A DNA stretch of 64,000 nt from the NCBI GenBank assembly GCA_963665125.2, contig CAXXUK010000001.1, positions 128,001-192,000 on the forward strand. Reading direction: 5' to 3'. Below are positions 29,252 to 39,545 of the stretch, one piece after another. The notes under the pieces were generated by a model. It saw only the letters and a list, made by a program, of their open reading frames with translations, was not told the DNA's origin and did no database searches. Positions within the stretch are counted from its first letter, which is position 1. Each line of letters starts with the position of its first letter. The DNA comes from an uncultured Desulfarculus sp. GTDB lineage: Bacteria; Desulfobacterota; Desulfarculia; Desulfarculales; Desulfarculaceae. Made by a program: the position numbers and the translations under genes.

Positions 29252-30470
29252 TGTACAGTGATGGTATTGGCCTGACAGTCGCCTACTACCGGTCTGGTTG
29301 TTAGGCTGCCTTTTTGCTCTTACTATTTTTCGGTTCGGGATTCAAGTCTTTCAGGCCATCTTTGAAAGCCTGATACGGCGTCCTCCCGTTCATGTTGCGA
29401 CCTTGGTGAGGCCTTTTAGTGTTGTAAAGGGCCAGGTATCCTTCCAGATCATTCTGCATCTCGTCGACCGACTCGTACCATTTCTTGCGGCCCATGATGC
29501 GGAAATGCTCGTCCAGCAGGGTGCGGTGAAGCCGCTCCACGAAGCCATTTGACTGGGGACGGCGCACCTTGGTTGTGCGGTGTTCGATGCCCTCCAGTTG
29601 CAGGAAGAGCTCGTAAGGGTGACGGTCCTCACGGCCACAAAATTCCCTGCCATTATCGCTGAGAATGGTCGTGATTGTAGCGTGATGTTGCTCGAAGAAG
29701 GGCAGTACGTCGGTGTTGAGCACATGGACAGCGGTCACCGGCAGCTTGGAAGTATAGAGCCTTCCCCAGGCATGGCGGCTATAGCAATCGATCACCGATT
29801 GCAGGTAGACCTTGCCCACGCCTTTGAGGGTGCCCACAAAGAAGGTATCCACCGACACCAGATCGCCCACACCATTGGTTTCAATGTGGCGCTCTCGAAA
29901 CTCCGGGCTGAATCGCTCCAAGAGGGCGACCTGGTCCTCGCTCAAATCGATCTTGGTTTCCGATACGTGGCGCTCCAAACGCAGCAGGCGCTCATGGCGG
30001 CTCAGAAGATTGTGCCGGGACCAAACTCCTCGCACACCGCCGGAGCTGACCTGAATCCCTTTGAGGGCCAGTTCGTCGGCCACGCGCAGACAGCCATGGG
30101 TGGGATAATCCAGGCAATTATCCAGAATGGCCTTTTCGATTTCCTCTGATACGCGGTTGGGGTGTGGTCCTTTGGGGCCGGGAAGCCGATCCACCAGGCC
30201 TTCGGCCCCAAACGTCTGGTAGTTGCGCCTGATCTCATAAAATTGCTGGCGGGTATAGCCCATGATCTTGCAGGCCCGGCTGACGTTCTTCAAATCAGAC
30301 GCCAACTCTAGTAAACTCAGCTTCCTGCGTGCTACTTTCTTTTCGGTGGTCATGTCTTTTGCCTCCTTGGGCCCGGAGTGCTTCAGCAACACTTCTTCTA
30401 ACCCGGTAGGAGGCGACATGGCCACCTCTTCGTTTGGCTCTATGTGTCAGGTGGTTACCGTCACAGCACA
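29252..30470 (-). mobile_element. second IS481-family element (no target duplication)
   Basis: 26-bp imperfect IRs TGTACAGTGATGGTA...CCTGACA and TGTGCTGTGACGGTA...CCTGACA. Confidence 0.88.
29301..30353 (-). CDS. IS481-family DDE transposase
   Basis: SVDTF, LSDNGREF and PQSNGFVER; AAGGAGG RBS. Confidence 0.92.
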   Translation of the reverse strand: MTTEKKVARRKLSLLELASDLKNVSRACKIMGYTRQQFYEIRRNYQTFGAEGLVDRLPGPKGPHPNRVSEEIEKAILDNCLDYPTHGCLRVADELALKGIQVSSGGVRGVWSRHNLLSRHERLLRLERHVSETKIDLSEDQVALLERFSPEFRERHIETNGVGDLVSVDTFFVGTLKGVGKVYLQSVIDCYSRHAWGRLYTSKLPVTAVHVLNTDVLPFFEQHHATITTILSDNGREFCGREDRHPYELFLQLEGIEHRTTKVRRPQSNGFVERLHRTLLDEHFRIMGRKKWYESVDEMQNDLEGYLALYNTKRPHQGRNMNGRTPYQAFKDGLKDLNPEPKNSKSKKAA

Positions 30471-30709
30471 CACAGGCGGAATGTTTCCTATGGGCTCAAG
30501 CAGCCGCCGGTTGTTAAACCAGTTGAAGCGCTCGCGCTACAACGTGGTCAGGCCAGCCCGGATCCTTTGGCCTCGCTCTGCCTGACACAATCAGCTGCGA
30601 AGAGTCTCGCCGGTGCAGTCTATCTAGGCCGCAATGAAGCAGATGGCCTGCTGCCGTAGGTGGCGTAAGTTCTACTTTTCAGGCCTCCTGGAAACGGGAG
30701 GGTTTACCA
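30471..30709. mobile_element. IS3-family debris (internally deleted IS51-group relic plus another IS end)
   Basis: Minus strand reads AICFIAA*IDCTGETLRS*...IRAGLTT (OrfA-like) running into FNWFNNRRLLEPIGNIPP (OrfB end). Confidence 0.65.
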
Positions 30710-30720
30710 TGTCCTATAGG

Positions 30721-32805
30721 TTAAAACCGCAAGGACAAATCGATGCCGATGCTTCGTGGAGCGCCATCCACGACAGCCACGGTGCCACCGCCCCAATCGC
30801 GCTTGTCAACGATGTACTCGTGATCAAAGGTATTTTTGCACCACAGCACGACATCCCAGCTTTCGGCCTCATAACCGAGCCGCATGTTGTAGACCTGATG
30901 CCCCTCGCACTCGTATTCGTTTCCCGAATCCGTATAATAGGCGCTTACGCCGGTCATATCGAGACGACCGAAAACGCCGGACTCGTGCCGGTACTGCGCC
31001 CCCGCGTGATACGTATAATCAGGGGCGAACGGCAAGGCCTTGCCCGAATAATTATTGACACCATTGTCCCAATCCGAAAACGTGGCGTCCACATATCCAA
31101 GCCCGGCAAACAAATCCAGCCCCTGAAAGGGACGAGCCTTGACACTCAGTTCTAAACCGGTGGACCGCGCCTTGTCCGCGTTGTCTATCCACATGTTGGT
31201 GCCGACTTGATTCACGATCTGCTTGTCATTGATCTCCTGCCAAAACCCCGCCAGGTTCACCTGAAGCCGATTGTCCAGCCAGGACGTCTTGGCCCCGACC
31301 TCATAGCTCCACATCTGCTCGGCGTCATAAGTAAACTGACCCTGCGAGGAACCAAAGGAAGTATTGAACCCTCCGGCAAGGAACCCCTTGCTCGCCGTGG
31401 CGTACAACATGGCGTCTTCCGTCAAGTCATAGGCCAGCGTGAGTTTGGGCAGCAACTCGGTGTTGTAGATATCGTCCTCAAAAAAGTAGGCGGTTCCGAA
31501 GAAGTCCTTGTGGTTCTGCTTTCCATGCAATTGGGTATAGTCCAGGCGAAGCCCCACGGTCAGATGAAACTTTTCCACAAAGGAATACGTTGTCTGCCCG
31601 AAAAGAGCCGCATTCTGGGACGAAACCTCGGTTTGCCGATAATCGGCCATCGGAGTCATGGCGATACTCTTATCCATGTCCATCTCTTGGAAGATGCCGT
31701 AAAGGCCGGCCAGCCACTTCCATGGCCCGTCGTCCTCCGGAGACGCAATGCGCAGTTCCTGGCTGTAGGCTTCAAAATCCCTTTCGATGAAATAGGTCAT
31801 CGCGCCCACCGCTCCGGAAGTCAAATCGCCATCACCGTAATATTCATACGAGAAGCCGTTCCGTGTCGTTATGGACGTGAGGGCGCCCGCATCGCATTGA
31901 TACTCCAGGCGCAAGGCCTGGGTGTTGCCGTCCCTGTCGATGGAATTGGGACCGTCATAGTCGATTTTGTACGGGTCCGTTTTTCCGGTTCCCTGATCGA
32001 TCCTGAAACTGCCGTCCTCGTCATCGTAATCGAAATAGTTGAACGTCAGGTCCGCTGACAGGGCATCCGACACCAGCCAACGAACCGCGCCGCGAAAATC
32101 GTAATGCTCGATGCCGGATGCGTAATCCCCGGTGTATTCGTTTTTCATGAAACCGTCTGAACGCCAGCTTGACGCGGCGGCGTTGAAAAACAGCCTGTCT
32201 TTGATCAACGGTACGTTGAGCTTTCCCATGACCCTGTGGGTGTTGAAGGAACTGTACTCTCCCATCAGGCCGGCCGACAACTCGTTGTCCGGCATGCAGG
32301 TGGTGATGTTCACGACGCCGGTTTCTGAGTTGCCGCCGTAAAGAGAGCCCTGCGGCCCCTTGAGCACTTCAATGCTCTCTATGTCCAACAGATCGGGATT
32401 GCGCATCTCCGCGAGCAGATAATTTACCCCGTCGACATAGAAGGCGGAAGGAGCCCACAGGAGGCTGTCGGGACCCTTGAGCCCGCGAAAAACGATCCTG
32501 TTGATGCCATAGTTGAGATTGGAAAAGACGTTGGGCATGTACCTCGTCAAATCTGAAAAGGACCAGCTTCCGGATTCCTCGATTTCCATTCCCGAGAAGG
32601 CGTCCATGCTGGCGGTGACCTCTTGAATGTTTTCTCTCGCCTTTCTGACGGTAACGGTTACCGCATCAAGGGTATAGGCACCCTGTTCTTTTGTAACGGT
32701 GGTTTTTCCGGTGCTGCCTTCCGATACCCGTGTATCGCCGGCATGGGCGGAAACGCTCATCAGGAAGCTAAACAGCAGGGCTGTGGCGATACCGTGGATC
32801 TTCAT
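30721..32805 (-). CDS. TonB-dependent receptor (siderophore-type)
   Basis: Signal peptide; TonB-box-like LDAVTVT; IEVLKGPQGSLYG plug; terminal Phe. Confidence 0.92.
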   Translation of the reverse strand: MKIHGIATALLFSFLMSVSAHAGDTRVSEGSTGKTTVTKEQGAYTLDAVTVTVRKARENIQEVTASMDAFSGMEIEESGSWSFSDLTRYMPNVFSNLNYGINRIVFRGLKGPDSLLWAPSAFYVDGVNYLLAEMRNPDLLDIESIEVLKGPQGSLYGGNSETGVVNITTCMPDNELSAGLMGEYSSFNTHRVMGKLNVPLIKDRLFFNAAASSWRSDGFMKNEYTGDYASGIEHYDFRGAVRWLVSDALSADLTFNYFDYDDEDGSFRIDQGTGKTDPYKIDYDGPNSIDRDGNTQALRLEYQCDAGALTSITTRNGFSYEYYGDGDLTSGAVGAMTYFIERDFEAYSQELRIASPEDDGPWKWLAGLYGIFQEMDMDKSIAMTPMADYRQTEVSSQNAALFGQTTYSFVEKFHLTVGLRLDYTQLHGKQNHKDFFGTAYFFEDDIYNTELLPKLTLAYDLTEDAMLYATASKGFLAGGFNTSFGSSQGQFTYDAEQMWSYEVGAKTSWLDNRLQVNLAGFWQEINDKQIVNQVGTNMWIDNADKARSTGLELSVKARPFQGLDLFAGLGYVDATFSDWDNGVNNYSGKALPFAPDYTYHAGAQYRHESGVFGRLDMTGVSAYYTDSGNEYECEGHQVYNMRLGYEAESWDVVLWCKNTFDHEYIVDKRDWGGGTVAVVDGAPRSIGIDLSLRF

Positions 32806-32965
32806 TCCATCCTCCTCCCGGACAACTGGCAAAAGTTGGAGGCATGCAGTACGTCATACTGAATACGCCCCGGTATTCATGGCGGGCTCAACAGAATATG
32901 ATGGAATCTATTGCGGAAAGGACCTGGACAATACCAGTTAGTGTAAATATTTTAGTAATTAATGA

Positions 32966-32984
32966 AAATATGATAATCAATATT
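32966..32984. promoter_or_regulatory. Fur-box-like site upstream of the receptor
   Basis: AAATATGATAATCAATATT matches GATAATGATAATCATTATC at 14/19 positions, but in AT-rich DNA. Confidence 0.5.
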
Positions 32985-33419
32985 TTATTTATGAATATTA
33001 ATAAAGAGTCGCTTTGTCAGAAAAACATATGGAAATTATTTTATAAATTTTATTTAATTCTACCTCTTTGGTAATATTATAATAAAAAGATAGAATTATC
33101 TAATTTCATAAGCTTCATAGCTTGTGTAACTACTTCATGGGCAGGCAAAGAACCAAGGCAACTCCGCGATCTGGCCGCAACGTCGGTCGTGCAAAGCGAT
33201 CAACGCGCTGTTCGGGGACCGCTCCGGGCGTATGGCGCGGTTGTGCGCCTTCGGGATGCTCACGCACGGGCGCCATGTCTTGGTATCGAGGGGGTGAAGG
33301 CGGGTGCCGGCTGCTGGCAATGGCGTCAACCTGACGAAGACTGTCCGGTCGACGGGCGCGTGAGGGAGAAGTGCGCCCAATATCCGGTATTTCAGCCCGA
33401 ATCGGACCGGACGAACAGG

Positions 33420-34457
33420 TTAGGGAATAGGCTCCGGGAGAGAGTAGAACGGGTTGCCAATCTTTCTCTTCCTGTACTGTCCGGGCCGTATTCCATAATA
33501 ATCCCGAAATGCCTTGGAAAAATGGCTTGAATTGGAATAGCCAGCGGCATAGGCGATTTCCGTCAGGCTCAATTCATTCGCTTCAATCAGTTCAAGAGCC
33601 CATTGCAGGCGCTTCCGGCGCAGAAGTTCAAACGGAGTGCAACCAAAAACAAATCTAAAATATTTGCCCAACCTGGGGTGCGACATACCGGCGACCCTGG
33701 CCAGTTCATGGATAGAAGGTGGATTATTGATATCTTGAAGCAACATATCCCTGGCAGCAAGAACACCTTGCATTCGTTCTTCGTTCATCCCCTCTGGCGT
33801 GGCTGGTGTTCCAGAGATCATATCCAACTTGAGGGCAATCAGTTCAAGGGCTTTGGCTTCCAGGAAAAAGTGACGTACCTGCCCCAAAAACGAGCAATGG
33901 AGTATTTGTTGCAAGACCCTGCCCATGGACAGAGAGTTGATGTTTTTCTGAAAATAAAACTCTTCTTTTCTTCCGTGAAGGCCAGGTAGTTCTTTCTGAC
34001 AAAAACGCTCGGTGCAGTTTCCGGTCTGCCCAGGGCTGACGAACCGCTCCATAGGAATGGTCAGGACAACTGCATCCAGTTGTTCATCTTTTGGGGCTTC
34101 CCGTATCAGTTCCGAGTCCGGAAACCAATAAAAATAGTTGTTACCCGCCTCGATTTTAAATCCCTGTTTAAAAAAAGTATTTTTATTTACAGACTGGCCG
34201 CTAAGACCAAATACCAGCATGATATCATCGGTGGTCCCCTGAAGCCGGGCGTAGAGTCCATTTCGAAGCTTGCACCGACTGACGGTTAAGGTCAGTCCCG
34301 ATGGCAGGTATTCAGTTACAAAAGTCCCGGTTCCAACACGTGCCGGCAGGTCCCAGCTCATATTGCCGCCTGATCGGCCAACCGGCAGGACACGTTCAAG
34401 GCTACCTTCCGTCTCCCCAAGCATTACGGATGGCTCTGTGTATCTTCCCTCATACAT
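33420..34457 (-). CDS. AraC-family regulator (PchR/YbtA-like)
   Basis: FLEAKALELI, PPSIHELAR and IAYAAGYSNSSHFSKAF. Confidence 0.9.
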   Translation of the reverse strand: MYEGRYTEPSVMLGETEGSLERVLPVGRSGGNMSWDLPARVGTGTFVTEYLPSGLTLTVSRCKLRNGLYARLQGTTDDIMLVFGLSGQSVNKNTFFKQGFKIEAGNNYFYWFPDSELIREAPKDEQLDAVVLTIPMERFVSPGQTGNCTERFCQKELPGLHGRKEEFYFQKNINSLSMGRVLQQILHCSFLGQVRHFFLEAKALELIALKLDMISGTPATPEGMNEERMQGVLAARDMLLQDINNPPSIHELARVAGMSHPRLGKYFRFVFGCTPFELLRRKRLQWALELIEANELSLTEIAYAAGYSNSSHFSKAFRDYYGIRPGQYRKRKIGNPFYSLPEPIP

Positions 34458-34735
34458 TTTGCTTCCTTCAATCCAGATCCGAATTGTAGGGCTCCAAGCT
34501 TTACCAGCACTCTGAAATGAATAAAAAACGGAAATTTTGCTTTATGTCAATGACGTATGGAAGGGACAAGGAATTTTTTCATCATCTATAAGATTTTTTT
34601 CACCAACTGGTATTGCCCAGGTCCATTTCGCAATAAACATTGCACCATTAAGATACATTCGTCAGATGGGGCATTTCCATCCAGGACTCCCGCCTTATTC
34701 ACTCGGGGGGGACATGTTGATCAAGGAGACTTGAA

Positions 34736-35386
34736 ATGAAAAAGATTCTTATGCTTCAAGCTGTTATGATTGCATTCCTCTGGGGCTACCAGGTGTTTGC
34801 AGCCGATAGTGCGAATCCGGAAATTTCCGACCTCACTCCATGGCTGGGACACAGCGTATCGATCATCCATCTGTACCAAGGCGAATCCGCCGATAATTAT
34901 TTCGCTGAAGTCGCAAAACATGCGCCCGAAGGCTATACGGTGGAAATGGTGAAGGAATTCATCTGCAGCCAGTTTGCCGTGAAGTTCAAATCCATTTACT
35001 TTGCTGACAAAGACACGATTGTTATCGATGATAGGATCATCGGGAAATACAGCTACGTCGGCAGTCTCACAACAAAATGGAAGGATGTCAGGACAACGTG
35101 GCAAATCTTTAAAACCGATTCGGAAGAAATGATCGGGGCGGGATTCAAGTACGTCATCCTTTTCCCTTTTCACCAGCACAGCAAGGATTCCTTACGACAT
35201 GCCCACCTGAGGTATGGCAATGAGAACTTCGATTTTCTGATAACGGACCCTTCTGTCCAAATGTGGTGGCCGGCAATCTACCAACCGGAAACAACGGATG
35301 AAGCGAAGATCATGGCGACGATGATCAACGGCGCCAAACTCCAGGCTTCAATTCTTCCTGCATTGAAGAACACAGGTAAGGACTGA
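34736..35386 (+). CDS. exported ZinT/AdcA-like metal-binding protein
   Basis: Signal peptide; FKYVILFPFHQH...HAHLRYGN...WWPAIY His cluster. Confidence 0.6.
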   Translation: MKKILMLQAVMIAFLWGYQVFAADSANPEISDLTPWLGHSVSIIHLYQGESADNYFAEVAKHAPEGYTVEMVKEFICSQFAVKFKSIYFADKDTIVIDDRIIGKYSYVGSLTTKWKDVRTTWQIFKTDSEEMIGAGFKYVILFPFHQHSKDSLRHAHLRYGNENFDFLITDPSVQMWWPAIYQPETTDEAKIMATMINGAKLQASILPALKNTGKD

Positions 35387-35406
35387 TCTCTAAAACGGGA
35401 GTCAAA

Positions 35407-36120
35407 ATGGTCTCCTCTGAGAAAAATTGGGTTTTCGATAAACACGACGCGGCGGCCTACGACAGGCACTGGGTGAAATTATCTGCCTTGAAAGATGTAT
35501 TACATCTATTTACGCGCATCGTGCTGTCCGAATTGCCGGAGCATGCTCATATCCTATGCATCGGCGCAGGTACCGGGGATGATATTTTCGGTCTGGCGCA
35601 CCATTACCCACAGTGGCGCTTTACCGCTGTCGACCCCTCCGCATCGATGATGGAGATTTGCCGGGAGAAAGCGCAGGAGCAGGGCATCGCTTCGCGCTGT
35701 TCATTCCACGCAGATTATTTAAGCTCACTGAACCCGGCGGATAAGTTTGATGCGGCCACTTGCCTACTGGCGTCTCACTTTATTAAGGACAAGGAAGAGA
35801 GGCGGAACTTATTCAGGGAAACAGCATCACGGCTTGTTCCCGATGGCATACTGGTCAGCGCGGATTTTTCAGGTGATAGATCAGCCCCAGCTTTCGACAA
35901 CCAGCTGTCATTGTGGCTGCAGATGATGCGCTATGCCGATGTATCCATCAGGGAGGTTGAGAAAATGCGGACCTCCCTTGATGACTATGTTTCTGTTTTA
36001 GCGCCCGACGAGATTGAGAGACTTATAAGTTCCAGCGGATTCAGCAGCCCCATTCTTTTTTTTCGGGCTGCATTGGTGCATGCGTGGCATGCAAAACTGA
36101 TCTCTGACAATGGCGGGTGA
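35407..36120 (+). CDS. class I SAM-dependent methyltransferase
   Basis: ILCIGAGTG, AVDPS and FDAATCLL. Confidence 0.88.
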   Translation: MVSSEKNWVFDKHDAAAYDRHWVKLSALKDVLHLFTRIVLSELPEHAHILCIGAGTGDDIFGLAHHYPQWRFTAVDPSASMMEICREKAQEQGIASRCSFHADYLSSLNPADKFDAATCLLASHFIKDKEERRNLFRETASRLVPDGILVSADFSGDRSAPAFDNQLSLWLQMMRYADVSIREVEKMRTSLDDYVSVLAPDEIERLISSSGFSSPILFFRAALVHAWHAKLISDNGG

Positions 36121-36235
36121 GCAGGATAAGATCGCGGTTTCCTGCGAATAATAAACGCAGAAACGTACGATCATGAATGCGTTTTTATCCTGGAAAACCC
36201 TGTATCAGAGATTAAATGAATATTGGAGAAAAGCA

Positions 36236-36871
36236 ATGCACGCTGAACGGTTTTTTCAGTTCATGGCCGAATACAACACCGCCATATGGCCAGCACAAGT
36301 TATATTTTACATATTAGCTGTTTTCTTCATATTTACATCGTTCTACAAGATCAGATCTTCAAACACTATAAACATACTCATTTTATCAGTACTTTGGGTA
36401 TGGAATGGATCTGTAACGCTATTAATTTTTTTCAGCAATTTCCATTACCAATATTATTTATGGGGAGCGTTCTGGATTGCCCAAGGACTTTTGATATATT
36501 ATATTGGGGTGGTCAAGAGACAAATAAATCTTAAAATAAAGAAAGACGTTTATTCAATTGCCGGCTTAACATTCATTGTTTATGCCCTGGTAATATACCC
36601 GATGATAGGCTCATGGCTTGGACACCCTTTCCCGAGGGGGCCGCTATTCGGCTCTGCACCTTGCCCGACAGTCATATTTACATTCAGCGCATTCCTGTTC
36701 TCAGAGAACAGAGTCAAATCATATCTGTTGTATTTCCCGATGTTGTGGGCATTGATGAGCCTTTACCCAATTATCGGGATGGGGGTTTATGCTGACATTG
36801 GAGAGATCGTTGCCGCTATTGTTGCATTCGCTTTGATCCTGAAGAAAAACAAAAGCATGTCCCTCAACTGA
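36236..36871 (+). CDS. DUF6064-like integral membrane protein
   Basis: YNTAIWPAQ and FGSAPCPTVIFT; multiple TMs; ATG at 36173 is an alternative start. Confidence 0.7.
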   Translation: MHAERFFQFMAEYNTAIWPAQVIFYILAVFFIFTSFYKIRSSNTINILILSVLWVWNGSVTLLIFFSNFHYQYYLWGAFWIAQGLLIYYIGVVKRQINLKIKKDVYSIAGLTFIVYALVIYPMIGSWLGHPFPRGPLFGSAPCPTVIFTFSAFLFSENRVKSYLLYFPMLWALMSLYPIIGMGVYADIGEIVAAIVAFALILKKNKSMSLN

Positions 36872-36876
36872 TCGGA

Positions 36877-36959
36877 GAAGTGGCCCCGGCTCCTCGGACC
36901 ACTAAGTGTTGATCTAACCCATTAACGACGGACTGAACCGCCCCGGCAAATCCAGAGAG
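36877..36959. mobile_element. stack of three IS3-family terminal repeats
   Basis: GAAGTGGCCCCGG..., TGATCTAACCC... (36910) and TGAACCGCCCCGGC... (36934, IS6110/IS51-like). Confidence 0.6.
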
Positions 36960-36968
36960 GTTTTTATC

Positions 36969-37313
36969 ATGGCCTTTATGGAAAGGGCAAAGCAAAGGTG
37001 CGAGCAAGACAAGGCCGCCAACATCCGCTGGTTTGTCCATTATAATGGTCGACAAATCGATAGCCTGAAAACAGCTTGGCGCAATGACAAGGAAAGAGCA
37101 GGGTATAAGAACCATCCTATCCGGATCTATGATCTGCATCATGTGGCTGCCACTGAAATGCTGGCGGCAGGAGCCGACCCTGTTGCCGTGCAGCACCAGC
37201 TCGGCCACAAGAAACTCAGCACCACGTTTAACGTCTACAGTCACGTTGTTTCGGTCGCCCAGGAGCGTGCGGCAAGCATGATCCCGGACCTGAATGAAGA
37301 TGGCGAGGAATAG
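36969..37313 (+). pseudogene. C-terminal fragment of a tyrosine integrase
   Basis: Close paralog of the 17711 integrase (VAATEMLA.GADP.AVQHQLGH); catalytic R replaced by H in YDLHH. Confidence 0.85.
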
Positions 37314-37810
37314 GGCGTTCTTAATATGAAGAGTCAAGCGTCATGCCTGGCTCTTTTTGTGTTTTTTACTCAACGCCCATCAGCGTGACGGTTTTGGTGA
37401 CAGTTTTTAACAAAAAATGGCCCTGCCGAGCGGTTTGATCCGCGGGCCAGTGGGCTTAATTGGGAAGCCTGCCAATACCCCTCCCAATGCACCAGATCAT
37501 CCATCGCCCGCTTGGGTACGAAGTGCCGTTCCTGCCCGTCGCGCCAATATTTGATCACTTCCAGGCCGGTCTGGCCGGGCTCCAAGTCCACCACCGGTGG
37601 CATTTCGTCAGGAAAACCAAGGGCTACGATGCTGTCCAGGCTTTGGGCTTCCGGCGGCAGGAGGGGCATCCTCACTTGTAATAAGGTCAAAGCTTGCTGT
37701 TTGCTGGTTTCTTGCACCTTGGCCCGTCCCTGGGCCAGGGTGCAACGCCCCGGACGGAGTGAATTCGGTCCGGGGCTTAGGGCGCGCAGCTTAGAGTCGC
37801 GCCGGGTCGG

Positions 37811-38719
37811 CTATCCCTGGCCCCACAATGCCGAGGCCATGAACAGGGCTCCCAGAATGGTAAGGCCCAGAGCAGCCAATACCTGAAAGATACCTTGCAA
37901 CGATACAAATACCCCGGGCTGTGTGGAGGCCAGCTTCAGTGAGGCATTCTTGCCTCCATGGGCCAGCAGACCCACGGCCGAGATGGTTGCCCCCATGCCC
38001 AGACTCATTGCTCCAGCCAATAATACGCCCAGCCAAACCGCGTCCAATGACAGGAAAAACAGCATTATCAACACCACCCCTGGGCAAGGCACCAGTCCAG
38101 CGGCCAAAGCCATAAGCCAGGGCGGGACGTCCGGTGATGACGGCATGGCTTGTGCTCGGTTTCTGCTTTGGAGCCAGGAGCGGACGGCGCCAATCAACAA
38201 CACCAGCCCCAGAATGGTGATAAGTCCATAGCTGACCACTTGCACGATTGAAGTGAACTGGTTCAATGCGTCGCGGACACTGGCCTCCAGGATCTGGCGC
38301 ACTATCAGTACCAGGGCGACACCACTGACCCCATGGATGATGGCCACCAAGTTGCCCATGACCAGGCCGGGACCCAGGCGGCCTCTGGTTAGAACATAGC
38401 CCAGGGTTACCGCCTTGCCGTGGCCTGGCCCGACGGCGTGCACGACTCCGTAGGCAAAGGCCAGGGCCAACAGGTTGAGCAGAGGGGCGAGGTGGCCGGA
38501 TTCTTTGACCTCCCGGCCCAGCGCAGCCATTTTCCGGTTCAGCAGGCGTTGCCACTGGTTGATTTTATTGAGCAGCCCGGAAAACCAGGAGGCTTGCTGA
38601 TTGGCGGTTATTGACTGGGGCGATGGCGGTGTCCGGAAGGGGCTCTGGGCTTCAGCGGACAAGGCCAGGGTCACGCACAACAACGCGCAAAATAAAGCAA
38701 TATAAAGCAGACGGATCAT
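37811..38719 (-). CDS. NicO/RcnA-like nickel/cobalt transporter
   Basis: YGVVHAVGPGHGK and GLVPCPG motifs; ATGA overlap with the upstream gene. Confidence 0.85.
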   Translation of the reverse strand: MIRLLYIALFCALLCVTLALSAEAQSPFRTPPSPQSITANQQASWFSGLLNKINQWQRLLNRKMAALGREVKESGHLAPLLNLLALAFAYGVVHAVGPGHGKAVTLGYVLTRGRLGPGLVMGNLVAIIHGVSGVALVLIVRQILEASVRDALNQFTSIVQVVSYGLITILGLVLLIGAVRSWLQSRNRAQAMPSSPDVPPWLMALAAGLVPCPGVVLIMLFFLSLDAVWLGVLLAGAMSLGMGATISAVGLLAHGGKNASLKLASTQPGVFVSLQGIFQVLAALGLTILGALFMASALWGQG

Positions 38720-39330
38720 TGCTGGCGCCAAAACTGTATGCGAACGCCCGTAGTGTGGACCAGGCCCAGCATGTCATTGTCGACCCGGGTTTTAGTCATG
38801 GTCACCTTGACTTCGATGTTGGGCCTTGTTTCCAATTGCACGGCATCATGGGGCACCACGGTCAGACACGTGTAGTACGTGTCATCATAAGGGCAGATGT
38901 CAACCGTTTTGACCCCTTTCGTGGCGGCCACATGGCAGGGAATGACAAATTGGTAGACCAATTTGCCTTTAGTTATCCATGCCTGGAAATCCTTGACCCA
39001 TTTGAGAGTAAAATTTCGGCCCTGAACCTTGATGTTGGTGAAATAGCTAAAGTTTTTTAGGTAGTCAAAGGCTTCGGCTTCAAGGGTTTTAACCTCCTTG
39101 GAGGAAAGCTTGCCATCGTGGTTGGGATCGAACTCATCCAACAGCATGGCTGAAAACATCTCGTCAAACTCCCAGTGCACTCTTATGGACGCCAGACCCT
39201 TATCATCAAAAGATATTAAAAAACTGGTATCGGCAAAAGCATGGGGGTGGGCCAGGGCTGGTAGAGCAAGCACCAGCATTAGGAGGACCGGCGTTATCAG
39301 CCTGATTATCCAGTTGCTTTTCCAGCGCAT
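38716..39330 (-). CDS. DUF1007-family periplasmic protein
   Basis: Signal peptide then AHPHAF; WEFDEMFS; YDDTYY. Confidence 0.85.
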   Translation of the reverse strand: MRWKSNWIIRLITPVLLMLVLALPALAHPHAFADTSFLISFDDKGLASIRVHWEFDEMFSAMLLDEFDPNHDGKLSSKEVKTLEAEAFDYLKNFSYFTNIKVQGRNFTLKWVKDFQAWITKGKLVYQFVIPCHVAATKGVKTVDICPYDDTYYTCLTVVPHDAVQLETRPNIEVKVTMTKTRVDNDMLGLVHTTGVRIQFWRQQ

Positions 39331-39545
39331 GCAGGATTGGTCCTTCCCGGGGAAGATGGCACCTAATCCTAACCAGGAAACTTGATCGGTGCAACAGCTG
39401 ATGAGGCGATAACCAGACCTGCAATTTATATCCCGCCCAAGCCGGGGTTGAGTAGTTGAAACCATAGTTGCATGCGAATAAACGCAATGCTTTCGGGGTG
39501 TCCCCCGGGTGCAGGCCCAGCGCCCGAGGGACAGGGAGGTGGCTT

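Noticed and set aside
37370..37717. 115-aa minus-strand ORF downstream of the Ni/Co transporter
   Set aside because: No recognisable motif, and its end runs into the arm-like repeats; may be a gene fragment but cannot be supported
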